This document shows, one piece after another, positions 48,066 to 57,702 of a stretch of 64,000 nt of DNA. Source of the stretch: Eubacteriales bacterium. GTDB lineage: Bacteria; Bacillota; Clostridia; Oscillospirales; CAG-272. The notes under the pieces were generated by a model that did not search any database, was not told where the DNA came from, and saw only the letters and a list, made by a program, of their open reading frames with translations. Position numbers and translations under genes: made by a program. Positions within the stretch are counted from its first letter, which is position 1; each line of letters begins with the position of its first letter. Location of the stretch: assembly GCA_045645405.1 (NCBI GenBank), contig JAZRIQ010000004.1:5817-69816 (forward strand). Reading direction: 5' to 3'.

Positions 48066-51000
48066 TTTATACAGCCTCGTTGTACGTGCTGCTATTGAGG
48101 ACTATGCGGAGCAGACAAAGGGAATGAGCAAGGCACAAGCAAGATACACCGTTGACACAGAGGTAACAGCTGACCTTGCAGGCGACCTTATGGCAGACGA
48201 TTACTTTGTAAATAAGCTTGCTGAGAGGGATGCACCGCTTGTTAAGAAGCTTGTAAATAGCTTTAAAAATACAATAAAAAAATCCGCTACCGTTGATAGC
48301 GAATCGGTTAAGTATTTGAAAAAGCTTGTTAATAGGTTTGAAAAGGCCCTCGATAACGCAAACGGTGGAGTTAAAATTTCTCAAATCGGTAATGCAGACG
48401 ATGAGAGGGAAGAAAAAGCCGATAGCAGCCAGCAGATAGCGGATAGCAAGGTGGATGATGAGAGACAAAGCATAATTAAAAAGGCACAAAAGAACTATTC
48501 TAATGCAGAGGTGAATAATGATGTCATTGCGTTGATAACTAAAATAAATGAGGGCGATTTTAAGCAAAACGATAGAGTATATTTGGGTATTGTATCTGAT
48601 GCTATTGCAGACAAAATAGAAGAAGAGGTAGGTTTTTCTGTTCAAGGATTTAAAATGGTCATTGAGGCACGACAGATTGAGCACATCATTAAAGACCATG
48701 GAGAAAATGGAAAAACCGACCAATCAATGAAAAATCCAAATGATATTGGAAAAATGGAATATGTTCTCGATAATGCGGAAAGTGTAAAAAAGGCAGGTAA
48801 AACACAAGCATATACATATATGAAATATGGTTGGAACAGAACGGCTGATACGGTGTTATACGAAAAAATAATAGGTGATGAGTCGTATTATATTGTGCAA
48901 GCCGTTCCTGATACTAAAGCAAAAACACTGTATGTTGTTTCAGCTTTCATAGGAAAAAGTGGATATAAAAAAGAAGCCTCGCAGCTCATCAATGCCAAAG
49001 GCCCTGATGCAACGGCTAAAACCGGTTCTGCAAGTGCTTCTACTGATATTATATCCGAAAAATCTCAAAAAGACAATACTTTTGATGAAAATAATTCAAA
49101 AAATATTTCTGATGAGCGAAAATCGGTTAAGCGCTCCTATGAGCCAACAGAAGATATTCAAATCACTTTGCAGGATGTGCAAACGCTTCGCAGTATAACG
49201 CAGGACGGAAAAAGAAAAAGCATAAATGATTTTTCAAGCGCAGAAATTCAAAAAGCAGAAAAATGGGCGCGAAAATTCTACAAAGAATTAGGCGTAAAAT
49301 CTCCATTCTTTAGGGCTTGGTATGGCGATTGGAGAGTTGAGGATAAAACACCTAAAAATGGTCTTACAATATTACCTATAAATGCAGCAACACAAAAGGA
49401 TGCAGTAGATTATGTTAAATCCAAAGTAAAGGATAGAACATTTTTTAGAGGTAATATTAAAAATGATGATACAGGCTTTGATGTAAATGTGGGTTCTCAA
49501 ATTTATGATGACACACTTACATATGCAAATAGAGCATTGTCAAGAGATAAAGATTTTAGCAATTATATTAAAAGAGTATCAATTTTACAAAAGGTTAGCG
49601 ATATAGTAAAAGAGTCAGTTCTGTTTAATACATCAGTGATTGAAAGTAAAGACAAGAATGATAATCCAAATCGTACATTTATGCACAATTTTTACAATTT
49701 AATGCGTATGGATGGAACGGATTATTTAATTGTACTATCAGTAGATGAAATTGAATCAAATGCTGGTGCAATTAGGAGAGCGTATAATGTTAACAAAATA
49801 GAAATATCGCCCGTTGCGGTAACTCAGGTTTACAAGCCTGCCGGCACAACGAGCGATAGTGAAGGAAATTATTCCTTCACTTATATTATATCCGATTTAT
49901 TCAAAATTGTCAAGCAATATGATAAAGATTTTAAACCAAAATCTGTAAATCCTTTACTTTTGGATGAAAACGGTATGCCAAAGACACTATATCATCAAAC
50001 GGATGCGGACTTTAATGCTTTTGATACCTCTATCGAGGGAGCAGGAGCAAGAGATAACGAAATGCCAAACGGTATATTCCTAAAATCTACGCCGCTTGAT
50101 ATAGGACTTAAGGGCAAAAAGCAAATGAAGGTCTATGCGAACATAAGAAATCCGCTTGTTTTTGCTGACAGAGGCGAAGCAAGCAGATATTGGAAGCGCA
50201 GCATTGACGGTTACAAGGCTATTATTGATGAAATTGATAGCAATAACGTTAAGTATCAAAAGGAATTTGATGAAGCGTACGTATCGGATGATGAAGCAAG
50301 AGAGGATGCTGTTCTTGATGAATGGGAAAATGCAAATACCGATTTAGATAAGAAAGCAAAAAAACTTATTAACGAATACCTCAAGAACAACAAATACGAC
50401 GGAATTATTCTTGAAAAGGATGAGGGAAGCTTCGGCAGAAAAGTGCAGACATATATCGCACTTGAATCTACGCAAATAAAATCTGCAACGGATAATATCG
50501 GCACATTTGATTCAAGTAATCCCGACATCCGTTATTCCAAGCAGCGCTCATACAATCCTATGGACGACGTTGACGATGAAGGCAACAAATGGGTTGAAGG
50601 CGAGGATGGTGGCACAAGAATACTATTTTCAATGCCTGATTTTGACAATCCTGCTTATGAGTACGGCCATATTCCTGATGAGGAGCCTGAGGTTATTGAG
50701 ACATACCGTGCAGTTGCTTCGTCAAGTGCGGAATCCGATATAAGAAAGCGACTTGCTGACTTGACAAAGGCGAAGGTATATGCAAGAAATGAGGCAAAGG
50801 CAGCGTTTGGAGAGATAATTGAGGAATATTTTGAGGGCCTTAACGTTAAGTTCAAGGGCAAAGCCAGGGCGGAGATTGAGAGGATGCTTTGGAATGCTTT
50901 TAACTCAGCTGATGAGGGCGCAAGAATGAGTCCTGCGCTTGATATTGCAGATGCTATTATTACAAATGCAGTTGTTACAGAAAATTACGAAATTACTCCC

Positions 51001-51201
51001 GAATTGGAATACGCTTATGCAGTAACCGGGTATCTTAAGACACACTTACATAATATCAATTTGGACCATATTAAGGGTGAAATTAAGGCGAAGTACGATA
51101 AGGACACCTCTGTATATGCTATGTGGGCCCGAAAAGAGGGAGAGCGTGGTGTTACCGCCGACCAAATAAAGGACGAGCTTGAGGAAGTGTGTGGACAATA
51201 A
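48066..51201 (+). mobile_element. Probable remnant of a phage/conjugative-element cargo gene (no mobility genes retained)
   Basis: There is an abrupt rise in G+C immediately after the glg terminator. The single ORF resembles an internal part of a polyvalent protein. No integrase or flanking repeats were detected. Confidence 0.45.
48124..51201 (+). CDS. Polyvalent-protein-like multi-domain fragment (two PBECR-like nuclease-fold modules and an ART-PolyVal-like module), probably 5'-truncated
   Basis: The frame is open from 48028, through the terminator. Protein-like sequence (VVRAAIEDYAEQTKG) precedes the first ATG, which has no proper RBS. Motifs: IEARQIEHIIKDHGENG..TLYVVSAFIG; SPFFRAWYGDW; LYHQTDADFNAFD..YDGIILEKD..QIKSATDNIGTFDSSNPDIRYS. 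Confidence 0.6.
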   Translation: MSKAQARYTVDTEVTADLAGDLMADDYFVNKLAERDAPLVKKLVNSFKNTIKKSATVDSESVKYLKKLVNRFEKALDNANGGVKISQIGNADDEREEKADSSQQIADSKVDDERQSIIKKAQKNYSNAEVNNDVIALITKINEGDFKQNDRVYLGIVSDAIADKIEEEVGFSVQGFKMVIEARQIEHIIKDHGENGKTDQSMKNPNDIGKMEYVLDNAESVKKAGKTQAYTYMKYGWNRTADTVLYEKIIGDESYYIVQAVPDTKAKTLYVVSAFIGKSGYKKEASQLINAKGPDATAKTGSASASTDIISEKSQKDNTFDENNSKNISDERKSVKRSYEPTEDIQITLQDVQTLRSITQDGKRKSINDFSSAEIQKAEKWARKFYKELGVKSPFFRAWYGDWRVEDKTPKNGLTILPINAATQKDAVDYVKSKVKDRTFFRGNIKNDDTGFDVNVGSQIYDDTLTYANRALSRDKDFSNYIKRVSILQKVSDIVKESVLFNTSVIESKDKNDNPNRTFMHNFYNLMRMDGTDYLIVLSVDEIESNAGAIRRAYNVNKIEISPVAVTQVYKPAGTTSDSEGNYSFTYIISDLFKIVKQYDKDFKPKSVNPLLLDENGMPKTLYHQTDADFNAFDTSIEGAGARDNEMPNGIFLKSTPLDIGLKGKKQMKVYANIRNPLVFADRGEASRYWKRSIDGYKAIIDEIDSNNVKYQKEFDEAYVSDDEAREDAVLDEWENANTDLDKKAKKLINEYLKNNKYDGIILEKDEGSFGRKVQTYIALESTQIKSATDNIGTFDSSNPDIRYSKQRSYNPMDDVDDEGNKWVEGEDGGTRILFSMPDFDNPAYEYGHIPDEEPEVIETYRAVASSSAESDIRKRLADLTKAKVYARNEAKAAFGEIIEEYFEGLNVKFKGKARAEIERMLWNAFNSADEGARMSPALDIADAIITNAVVTENYEITPELEYAYAVTGYLKTHLHNINLDHIKGEIKAKYDKDTSVYAMWARKEGERGVTADQIKDELEEVCGQ

Positions 51202-51269
51202 ATCATTGACAAAAAATATTTTTTGTAGTAAAATTTCAGTAGAGTAAGTAAATAAATCGGGAGGATAAA

Positions 51270-51545
51270 ATGAAAAAGATTTTTTTAGCATTTACTATTT
51301 TTGTTGTATTTTTATGCTCCTGTTATAATGGTTATGATATACACGTTTATGATACGTCTGGAGAGTTTCCCTATATCGAAGATACATCCGGTACAGCTTA
51401 TGTGGCAAGTGTCAATGGGAAAACGTATCATTTGAGAGATTGTTATATTGTTGACAATATGAATGAGGAGAATGTGAGAGTTTTTTACGATAAAGACTTC
51501 TTTGTCAAAAGAGGAATGTCGCCCTGTAAAAAATGTAAGCCTTAA
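51270..51545 (+). CDS. Small lipoprotein with C-terminal HxxxC...CxxC motif
   Basis: Lipobox FLCSC. GGGAGG RBS. A TTGACA-17-TAAAAT promoter lies upstream. C-terminus YHLRDC...SPCKKCKP. Confidence 0.6.
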   Translation: MKKIFLAFTIFVVFLCSCYNGYDIHVYDTSGEFPYIEDTSGTAYVASVNGKTYHLRDCYIVDNMNEENVRVFYDKDFFVKRGMSPCKKCKP

Positions 51546-51627
51546 TTTCCTAAAATTATGCAAAAGATATAGACATTTTTATTTTTGCGTGTTATAATTA
51601 CTTAATAACATTTTTACGAGGTAAAAT

Positions 51628-53274
51628 ATGAATTGCAATTATATCGCAGATTTACTTTTTCCGAACGTTACTTTAACTGAATCGGAATTGGAAGAAAAAT
51701 ATCCTGTAAGAAATCTTCCGGAAGGAGCAATAGTTTCAAGAATGGCTCCAAGTCCTACCGGTTTTGTCCATCTTGGAAATTTAGTGCAAGGAATTACGTC
51801 CGAGCGTTTGACACACCAGTCAAACGGTTGTTTGTTTTTAAGAGTTGAGGATACAGACCAAAAAAGAGAGGTTGCTGGCGCTGTTGAAATTCTCATTGAT
51901 ACTTTGAAATATTATAATATAAGTTTTGATGAAGGCGCAACGTTCGATGGTGATAACGGTATATACGGACCGTACCGTCAAAGACAAAGAAAAGATATTT
52001 ATCACGTGTATGCAAAACGTCTGGTTCAACAAGGAATGGCATATCCTTGCTTTTGTACAGAGGACGAGCTTGCAAAAATGCACGAGGAACAAGAAAAATT
52101 GAAGGATAATTTTGGATATTACGGAAAATATGCTGTGTGGCGCGACAAAACGGACGAAGAGATTGAAGAACAGCTGAAATTAGGCAAACCCTGGGTGTTA
52201 CGTTTCCGTTCTAACGGTTCGATAGAAAATAAGATTAAGTTTACTGATTATATCAAGGGTAATCTTGAACTTACAGAAAATGATATTGACCACGTGTTAT
52301 TAAAATCCGACGGTATTCCAACGTATCATTTTGCTCATGCAGTTGATGATCATTTGATGCGTACAACGCACGTCGTAAGAGGCGATGAGTGGCTTTCAAC
52401 ATTACCTTTCCATATTCAATTGTTTGGAGCTTTGGGATTTAAGCTTCCTAAATATTTGCACATTGGTCCACTTATGAAAATGGATGGAGACTCAAAGAGA
52501 AAGCTTTCAAAGAGAAAGGACCCGGAGCTTGCATTAACCTATTACAAGCAAGAGGGATATCCGGCTCAATCGCTGTATGAATATATCCTCACAATTCTCA
52601 ATTCAAACTATGAGGATTGGAGAAGAGCAAACCCTTATGCTTCAACAGAAGAATTTAAATTCTCATATAAGAAAATGAATCCTGCTGGCTCACTTTTTGA
52701 TGGAGCTAAGTTATTAGATGTTTCGAAAAATGTGATTTCAAGAATGAGTGCAGAGGATGTTTATCTGGGCGCTACAGAGTGGGCTAAAGAGTTTGACAAA
52801 GAGCTGTATGATGAAATGACTGCTGATTCTGAATATACCAAATCAATCTTTGCTATTGGTCGTGGCGGTAAAAATCCAAGAAAAGATATAGCTGTATGGA
52901 CTGACGTTAAGGGTTATATTGACTTCTTCTATGATAAATTCTTTAAAATCGCAGAAGAATATCCTGAAAAGTTTTCAAAGCACGATATCAAGTTAACACT
53001 TGAGGAATTTGTTAAAACCTTTGATATTAACGATGATTCAGGCGTTTGGTTTGAAAAAATTAAAGATATTGCAGATATGCTTGGTTTTGCTTCGGATATG
53101 AAGGCGTATAAACAGAATCCTGATGCTTATAAAGGAAATGTTTCCGATATTAGTATGTTTGTAAGAATTGCAATATCCGGTAAAATGAATGCGCCGGATA
53201 TGTATAGCTCAATGCAAATTTTAGGCTATGACAAGGTAGTAGAGCGCATCAATAATATGATTTATAGTCTTTAA
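51628..53274 (+). CDS. gltX: Glutamate--tRNA ligase
   Basis: APSPTGFVHLGN (HIGH region) and KLSKRK (KMSKS region). Confidence 0.92.
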   Translation: MNCNYIADLLFPNVTLTESELEEKYPVRNLPEGAIVSRMAPSPTGFVHLGNLVQGITSERLTHQSNGCLFLRVEDTDQKREVAGAVEILIDTLKYYNISFDEGATFDGDNGIYGPYRQRQRKDIYHVYAKRLVQQGMAYPCFCTEDELAKMHEEQEKLKDNFGYYGKYAVWRDKTDEEIEEQLKLGKPWVLRFRSNGSIENKIKFTDYIKGNLELTENDIDHVLLKSDGIPTYHFAHAVDDHLMRTTHVVRGDEWLSTLPFHIQLFGALGFKLPKYLHIGPLMKMDGDSKRKLSKRKDPELALTYYKQEGYPAQSLYEYILTILNSNYEDWRRANPYASTEEFKFSYKKMNPAGSLFDGAKLLDVSKNVISRMSAEDVYLGATEWAKEFDKELYDEMTADSEYTKSIFAIGRGGKNPRKDIAVWTDVKGYIDFFYDKFFKIAEEYPEKFSKHDIKLTLEEFVKTFDINDDSGVWFEKIKDIADMLGFASDMKAYKQNPDAYKGNVSDISMFVRIAISGKMNAPDMYSSMQILGYDKVVERINNMIYSL

Positions 53275-53284
53275 GAGGTAACAA

Positions 53285-54937
53285 ATGGAAGAAATTAGTT
53301 CAAATTTTATACACGATATCATTGACGAAGATATCGCAAATGGTTTTTCAGAAAGAATTCATACACGTTTTCCCCCAGAGCCAAACGGATATCTTCATAT
53401 CGGTAGTGCAAAAGCTATTTGGATAAACGTTCAAACCGCAAAAAAATATGGCGGACTTTTTAATCTTCGTTATGATGATACAAACCCGTCAAAGGAAGAT
53501 ACGGAATACGTAGATAGCATATACGAGGATTTAAAATGGTTGGGAGCCGAGCCAACAGGGGGCGTTTTTTACGGTTCTGATTATTTTGAAAAATGTTATG
53601 AGCTTGCAATTAAGCTTATTAAGGATGGAAAGGCATACGTTTGTGATCTTTCCGCCGATGAAATGAAGGAGTATAGAGGAACTCTTACCGAACCCGGCAA
53701 AAATAGTCCGTACAGAAACAGAACTGTTGAGGAAAATCTCGATTTGTTTGAAAAAATGAAAAACGGAGAGTTTCCGGACGGTTCTAAAACGTTAAGAGCA
53801 AAAATTGATATGGCATCTCCAAATATCAATATGAGAGACCCTGCAATTTACAGAATTTTAAGAGCTCATCATCATCGCCAAGGCGATAAGTGGTGCATTT
53901 ATCCGCTTTATGACTATGCACATCCAATTCAAGATGCTATTGAAGGTATCACTCACTCTCTTTGTTCACTTGAGTTCGAAAATCATCGTCCTCTCTACGA
54001 ATGGGTAGTAAACAACGTTGGCTTTGACAAAAAACCGAAGCAAAGAGAGTTTGCAAGACTAAACGTTACTTATACGGTAATGAGTAAGAGATACTTAAGA
54101 TATCTTGTTGAAAATAACCTTGTTGACGGTTGGGACGATCCAAGAATGCCAACTCTTTGCGGTCTTAGAAGAAGAGGATATACCCCTGCATCAATTATTG
54201 ATTTTGTTTCAAGAGCAGGCGTTGCAAAAGCATACAGTATTGTTGATATTGAGCTTTTAGAGCATTGTATAAGAGAAGAACTTAATATGACTGCTCAAAG
54301 AAGAATTTGTGTTGCTGATCCGATAAAGCTTGTTATTACCAACTATGATGAAGGTAAGGTGGAATATTTCCCGGTATCTAACAACCCAAATGACGAAAAT
54401 GCAGGAACAAGAATGCTTGCCTTTACAAGAGAAGTATATATTGATAGGAGCGATTTTGAGGAAGTTCCTCCTCCAAAGTTCTTTAGATTAAAGCCTGATG
54501 GTGAAGTTCGCTTAATGGGAGCTTACATTGTTAAGTGTAATGAGATTGTAAAGGATGAAAATGGTAAAATCATCGAAATTAGATGTACCGCTGACCTGGA
54601 GTCAAAGAACGGAAATCCTGTGGATGGAAGAAAAATCAAAGGTACAATTCATTGGTTAAGCCGTGAAAATTCAGAAAAAGCAACCCTCATGCTTTATGAT
54701 AAGCTATTTACGCTTGAAAATCTTGCAGATATGCCTGAAGGTAAGACTTACAACGATTATCTTAATCCTAATTCATTACAAAAGGTTGAATGCGCTCTCG
54801 TTGAAAAATGTTTAAATGATGCCGATTCTGGTGAAAAGTTCCAATTTGTAAGAAACGGCTATTATTGCAAAGATACTAAATATGCAAATACTTACAACAG
54901 AATAGTAGGCTTAAAGGATAGCTTTCCTAAAAAATAG
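53285..54937 (+). CDS. glnS: Glutamine--tRNA ligase
   Basis: RFPPEPNGYLHIGSAKA and VMSKR motifs; the C-terminal beta-barrel anticodon domain has the expected length. Confidence 0.95.
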   Translation: MEEISSNFIHDIIDEDIANGFSERIHTRFPPEPNGYLHIGSAKAIWINVQTAKKYGGLFNLRYDDTNPSKEDTEYVDSIYEDLKWLGAEPTGGVFYGSDYFEKCYELAIKLIKDGKAYVCDLSADEMKEYRGTLTEPGKNSPYRNRTVEENLDLFEKMKNGEFPDGSKTLRAKIDMASPNINMRDPAIYRILRAHHHRQGDKWCIYPLYDYAHPIQDAIEGITHSLCSLEFENHRPLYEWVVNNVGFDKKPKQREFARLNVTYTVMSKRYLRYLVENNLVDGWDDPRMPTLCGLRRRGYTPASIIDFVSRAGVAKAYSIVDIELLEHCIREELNMTAQRRICVADPIKLVITNYDEGKVEYFPVSNNPNDENAGTRMLAFTREVYIDRSDFEEVPPPKFFRLKPDGEVRLMGAYIVKCNEIVKDENGKIIEIRCTADLESKNGNPVDGRKIKGTIHWLSRENSEKATLMLYDKLFTLENLADMPEGKTYNDYLNPNSLQKVECALVEKCLNDADSGEKFQFVRNGYYCKDTKYANTYNRIVGLKDSFPKK

Positions 54938-54943
54938 TGTTTA

Positions 54944-54972
54944 AAGAAGCAGAGAATTCTGCTTCTTTTTAC
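54944..54972 (+). terminator. Rho-independent terminator
   Basis: AAGAAGCAGA/TCTGCTTCTT hairpin followed by TTT. Confidence 0.7.
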
Positions 54973-55050
54973 GTTTTGTCTAAAAAGAATTGACTATCAA
55001 ATAAAAGTATGATAAAATAAACAAAAAACTATCAAAGGTAAGGGATAATT

Positions 55051-57420
55051 ATGACAAGACAAGAAAAGCTCCAATTTGCTCGTCAAGCAGCTGCTGACGG
55101 AATGGTATTGCTTAAAAATGATAACAACGTGCTTCCTATTTCGACTGATAAAGAAATAGCGTTATTCGGTATAGCTTCTTATAAGTGCTTTCGCTTAGGC
55201 TGGGGCTCAGGCGATATGATGGCGCAAGAAATCTCTCAAATTGTAAGTGCGCTTGAAGAAGCAGGATATAAACTTAATGCTGACGTTAAAAATGCCTGCG
55301 AAGCTTGGATTGAGCAACAAGACGTTGATTATTTCACTCTTAACAGAAATTGGGATGAATGGTCCTTTAGAATGAAGGAAATTGATCTTGATGAATCCGT
55401 GATAGCAGCGTCTTCGAAAAATTCTGATATTGCTGTTATAACCATAGGTAGATGTAGTGGCGAGGCGGCTGATTTAAAGGACGAAGAGGGCTTCTTTAAA
55501 TTACATAAAGAGGAAAATGATCTTGTAAAATCTGTTTGTAAATATTTTAGTAAGGTTGTACTTTTGTTAAACACCTGCGGACCTCTTAACTTGAAATCAA
55601 TTGATGATTGCAAGATAGATGCTATTGTTGACGTTTCACTTGGCGGTGAACAGTTCGGTTATGCAGTAGCGGATATTGTAAGCGGCAAAGTAACACCTAG
55701 CGGAAAGCTTACAACAACCTGGGCGTATGAATATGGTGATTATCCTACAAAAGAAGGAATCACTACTATGGAGGTACCTTACAACGAAGGTATATATGTT
55801 GGTTACCGTTATTTTGATACTTTTAACGTAACACCGAGATATCCTTTTGGTTACGGACTTTCTTATACCGATTTTTCTTATGAGGTTAAAGACGTAAGAG
55901 TTGATCAACAAATTATAGACATTGTTGTTGATGTTAAAAATATCGGAAAATTCAGCGGTAGAGAGATTATCCAATGCTATTTATCATCACCGGAAAAGAA
56001 GCTTGAAAAAGCGTATCAAGAGCTTTGTGCTTATGCAAAAACTGATATAATCGCACCGAATGAAAGTTGTGAAATTGTATTGTCCTTTGATATTACTGAT
56101 ATGGCGTGCTATGATGAGGAAAAAGCAAGCTTTATTCTTGAAGAAGGCAAATACTATGTAAGAGTAGGTAATTGCTCAAGAAAAACTCATATAGCGTTTG
56201 CAATTAACGTTTCAAAAGATGTTGTTTGTTCTGTTGTTAAAAATAGACTTTCTTTGAAGAAAGAGCTACAGTTATTAACCAACAAAAACGCAAAACCATT
56301 CACATACGATGGGGAAGAACAAGAAAAAGCTAATGCTAAGGTATATGAGTTACAATGCGATTCTATTGAAACCTTAGTTTGCTCTGTAATTGAAGAAAAC
56401 AAACCAAAAGAATTAAAGGTTAAGGATAGTAATGTTCTTTATACTCTTGAGGATGTAGCAAATGGCAACGCAACTGTAGAGGATGTTGTTGCGCAGTTTA
56501 CAAATGAAGAGCTTGGATTTGTTTTAAACGGAGTAATCTACGAGGGAGCCAACGCAAGCGCGAATGTTGGAAGCATGGCAATTAAGGTTCGTGGAGCTGC
56601 CGGTGAAATGTGGAGTAGTGAAAAGTATAAGATTCCTGTTAATGCATGTGCAGACGGTCCTGCAGGCGTTAGACTTGCCATATTTGGAACTCCTGTTGAA
56701 ACTGACACAGAGGTTGCAAAAAATGTTGTTGCATTTCCATCAGGCACGTGCTTTGCCAATACTTGGGATTTAGCTTCAGCTCATAAGTATGGAGAATGTA
56801 TTGCGTCTGATCTTGCATATTCTAATATTGAAGGCTGGCTTGCACCGGGTATCAACATACACAGAAATCCATTGAACGGAAGAAATTTCGAATATTTTTC
56901 TGAAGATCCGTTAATTGCCGGTAAAATGGGTGCATATATAGCAATCGGTGTTCAATACGATGATAATGCCGAGTTGACGGGAAGATATGCTACTATTAAG
57001 CATTTTGCTTGCAATAATATTGAATATGAGCGCGGTGTATCTGATAGCCAGGCAACAGAAAGAGCTTTAAGAGAAATTTATCTTAAGGCATTTAAGATTG
57101 CAGTAGAAGAGGGAAGTCCGCATGCTATTATGACTGCTTACAATAAAATCAACGGAGAGTTTGCTTCCACAAGCTATGACTTACTAATGGGTATATTAAG
57201 AGGCGAATGGGAGTATGACGGTATTGTTATGACTGACTGGAATACGTGTGCTGATGCTACTCAACACACTCATGCAGGAAATGATTTAATCATGCCGGGT
57301 AGATTTGCAAAGAAAATTGCTGACGCGCTTGATGATGGGGAAATTTCACGTGCTGATGCTCAGTTATGCGCAACAAGAATCTTGAAAACTATAATGAAAA
57401 CAAACTTTAAGACAAAATAA
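55051..57420 (+). CDS. GH3 beta-glucosidase with permuted domain order
   Basis: The GMVLLKNDNNVLPI motif (normally in the GH3 C-terminal domain) is at the N-terminus. The catalytic barrel motifs (HRNPLNGRNFEYFSEDP, KHFACNN, GIVMTDW) are at the C-terminus. Confidence 0.88.
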   Translation: MTRQEKLQFARQAAADGMVLLKNDNNVLPISTDKEIALFGIASYKCFRLGWGSGDMMAQEISQIVSALEEAGYKLNADVKNACEAWIEQQDVDYFTLNRNWDEWSFRMKEIDLDESVIAASSKNSDIAVITIGRCSGEAADLKDEEGFFKLHKEENDLVKSVCKYFSKVVLLLNTCGPLNLKSIDDCKIDAIVDVSLGGEQFGYAVADIVSGKVTPSGKLTTTWAYEYGDYPTKEGITTMEVPYNEGIYVGYRYFDTFNVTPRYPFGYGLSYTDFSYEVKDVRVDQQIIDIVVDVKNIGKFSGREIIQCYLSSPEKKLEKAYQELCAYAKTDIIAPNESCEIVLSFDITDMACYDEEKASFILEEGKYYVRVGNCSRKTHIAFAINVSKDVVCSVVKNRLSLKKELQLLTNKNAKPFTYDGEEQEKANAKVYELQCDSIETLVCSVIEENKPKELKVKDSNVLYTLEDVANGNATVEDVVAQFTNEELGFVLNGVIYEGANASANVGSMAIKVRGAAGEMWSSEKYKIPVNACADGPAGVRLAIFGTPVETDTEVAKNVVAFPSGTCFANTWDLASAHKYGECIASDLAYSNIEGWLAPGINIHRNPLNGRNFEYFSEDPLIAGKMGAYIAIGVQYDDNAELTGRYATIKHFACNNIEYERGVSDSQATERALREIYLKAFKIAVEEGSPHAIMTAYNKINGEFASTSYDLLMGILRGEWEYDGIVMTDWNTCADATQHTHAGNDLIMPGRFAKKIADALDDGEISRADAQLCATRILKTIMKTNFKTK

Positions 57421-57504
57421 TCTGATAAATTACTACCTTTTTATGTTTCTCTGGCATAAAAAGGTGGTAATTACTTAAAATTTGAAATTATTTTTCAAAA
57501 GGTA

Positions 57505-57533
57505 TTGACAAACCGACTTCAATGTGATACAAT
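57505..57533 (+). promoter_or_regulatory. Sigma-A promoter of the infC-rpmI-rplT operon
   Basis: TTGACA, 17-nt spacer, TACAAT. Confidence 0.65.
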
Positions 57534-57539
57534 TGTAAA

Positions 57540-57672
57540 GCAAAAAGAAGTAGAACTCTCCGTTCTCACCTAATTACATGGGTATTTTGGGTTAATAATT
57601 TATCACAATAAGTGAAATTATTTGGTGCGGAGAAATTATATTTCTTACGCACATTTTTTATTTTTAGGTATA
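57540..57672 (+). promoter_or_regulatory. L20-leader-type 5' UTR with intrinsic terminator (attenuator)
   Basis: About 160-nt leader before infC. GTGCGGAGAAA..TTTCTTACGCAC hairpin (57625-57652) followed by TTTTTTATTTTT, matching the Firmicute L20 autoregulatory arrangement. Confidence 0.65.
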
Positions 57673-57702
57673 AGCTTGGACTTAAAATGGAGGTGCTTAA
57701 CT

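Noticed and set aside
48067-48723. 218-aa minus-strand ORF overlapping the start of the large polyvalent-like ORF
   Set aside because: The translation is low-complexity and Cys/Ile/Leu-rich with no recognisable motif, RBS or promoter. It is the antisense shadow of a purine-rich coding strand, and the plus-strand frame has clear domain-like sequence.
51546-51627. T-box or other leader upstream of gltX/glnS
   Set aside because: The intergenic space is only about 80 nt. It holds an extended -10-like element and an RBS, which is too short for a T-box, and no specifier or terminator structure is visible.
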